A program made the position numbers and the translations under genes. Source: Thermoanaerobaculia bacterium (lineage in GTDB: Bacteria > Acidobacteriota > Thermoanaerobaculia > UBA5066). Taken from it: a DNA stretch of 64,000 nucleotides. Location: contig CAVRAY010000001.1 of the NCBI GenBank assembly GCA_963719225.1, positions 1,632,001 to 1,696,000 on the forward strand, in the 5' to 3' direction. The notes under the pieces were generated by a model. The model was not told where the DNA came from. It ran no database searches and was given only the letters and a program-made list of their open reading frames with translations. Below are positions 63,025 through 64,000 of this stretch, one piece after another. The first letter of the stretch is position 1. Every line of letters begins with the position of its first letter.

Positions 63025-63590
63025 ACGGCGCGGTGAGGGGCACGGCGAGACGCGCGCCGAAGGGTGTCGCGAGACTTCTCCCGGCAGCCGCGATCGCGTT
63101 CCTCGCCGCGGCGCCTGCGCGCCCCGCCCGTGCCCAGATGCCGGAGGTGCCTCCGGGCAAATGGTGGAAACGTCCGCTCATCGTCCGGATGCTGAATATC
63201 ACGGCCGATCAGCAGGCGAAGCTGGAGGCCATCTTCTCCCGCCATCGGCGCGAGTTCGTGGATCTCAAAGCCGACGTCGAGCGACGTCGGATCGACGTCG
63301 AGGACCTCGTCGCGAAAAAGGACTCGGACGCCCGAAATGTCTCGGAGGCGGTCGATGCGCTGGAGGTGTCCCGGTTCAAGCTGCGCAAGGCGGCCACCAT
63401 GATGTTTCTCGAGCAGAAGGACGTTCTTTCGGCGTCACAGTGGCAGCAGATCCTCGACAAGCGCGACGAGTGGCGCAGGCAGAGGCAGATGGAAAGACGG
63501 GGAGGGAGCCGGCGCGAGCTTTCACCCGACGAGGAAGCCGGGCCGCGCTCCGGCCGCGAACGCCCGCAACCACCTCCGCAAGAGAAGTAG
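63021..63590 (+). CDS. Spy/CpxP/ZraP-like periplasmic protein
   Basis: Signal peptide, GKWW, LNITADQ and VLSASQ (LTxxQ-like motifs). Confidence 0.82.
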   Translation: MNGAVRGTARRAPKGVARLLPAAAIAFLAAAPARPARAQMPEVPPGKWWKRPLIVRMLNITADQQAKLEAIFSRHRREFVDLKADVERRRIDVEDLVAKKDSDARNVSEAVDALEVSRFKLRKAATMMFLEQKDVLSASQWQQILDKRDEWRRQRQMERRGGSRRELSPDEEAGPRSGRERPQPPPQEK

Positions 63591-63592
63591 CC

Positions 63593-64000
63593 TCAAGGCG
63601 CGGGGGCGCCGAGAGCCTTCGGCGCTCCGCCCCGCCCGCGGGCCGCCGCGAGCGCGAAGAGCGCGAGAAGGCCCGGCAGGGCCAGGAAGACCGCGTAGGG
63701 GATGCGAGATCCGCCGGCCTGAAGGCGGTACTGGAGAGCCGTCGCGCCGGCGACGAGGAGGGCGCCGGGCACGAGGCGCAGCGGTTTCCAGCGTGCGAAG
63801 ACGACGAGGGCCAGCGCCAGGAATCCGCGTCCGGCGGTCACACCTTCCACGAACGTCGGAGAGACGGTGAGCACGAGGAGACCGCCGCCTGAAGCGCCGA
63901 GCGCTCCCGCCGCGACCGAGGCGGCGGTCCGCACGGCGACGACGGAGCCGCCCGTCGCCGCGAGAGCGAGAGGGTTGTCGCCCGCGGCCGCCAGCGCGAG
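63593..64000 (-). CDS. Nucleoside/sugar ABC permease (5'-truncated by window edge)
   Basis: AGDNPLA, TAGRGFLALALVVFARWKP, APKALG. Confidence 0.85.
   Translation of the reverse strand, partial: LALAAAGDNPLALAATGGSVVAVRTAASVAAGALGASGGGLLVLTVSPTFVEGVTAGRGFLALALVVFARWKPLRLVPGALLVAGATALQYRLQAGGSRIPYAVFLALPGLLALFALAAARGRGGAPKALGAPAP

Overview
GC-rich bacterial chromosome segment; gene content (several eukaryote-like Ser/Thr kinases with TPR or propeller domains, ECF/anti-sigma/Spy trio) suggests Acidobacteriota (inference). Layout: (i) 1-23 kb is mostly core: hybrid histidine kinase, two Ser/Thr kinases, methylmalonyl-CoA mutase, TPR-lipoprotein-ispE-tRNA-Gln-prs-rplY-pth-rpsF-rpsR-DUF2232-rplI, PBP1A, uvrB (one-base frameshift). 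(ii) 23-27 kb is a putative proteostasis module: NarL/LuxR regulator, Q/G/P/F-rich protein, Hsp20 and a TPR-Lon-type protease. (iii) 27-34.5 kb is an unassigned biosynthetic cluster: a 59-aa ORF missing from the ORF track, a PaaK-like ligase, three radical SAM/SPASM enzymes and two DegT-type aminotransferases. (iv) 34.7-48.9 kb is a 14-kb phage-satellite-like element in tRNA-Arg(CCT). It duplicates the 5' half of the tRNA, its integrase ends inside the tRNA, and it has replication and terminase genes but no capsid or portal that I can recognise. (v) 49-64 kb holds a TolC/MacAB-type exporter, a kinase, a Pro/Thr-rich secreted protein, PilZ, an esterase, ArnT-like GT, an LPS-kinase-like gene and an ECF module. 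A dispersed AT-rich ~20-bp motif (ATTTCTTAGAAGGTGAAGAG-like) occurs about 10 times on both strands, inside unrelated core genes and between genes. Several one-base frameshifts at short homopolymers look like sequencing errors. All calls come from motif reading by eye; no database searches were run.
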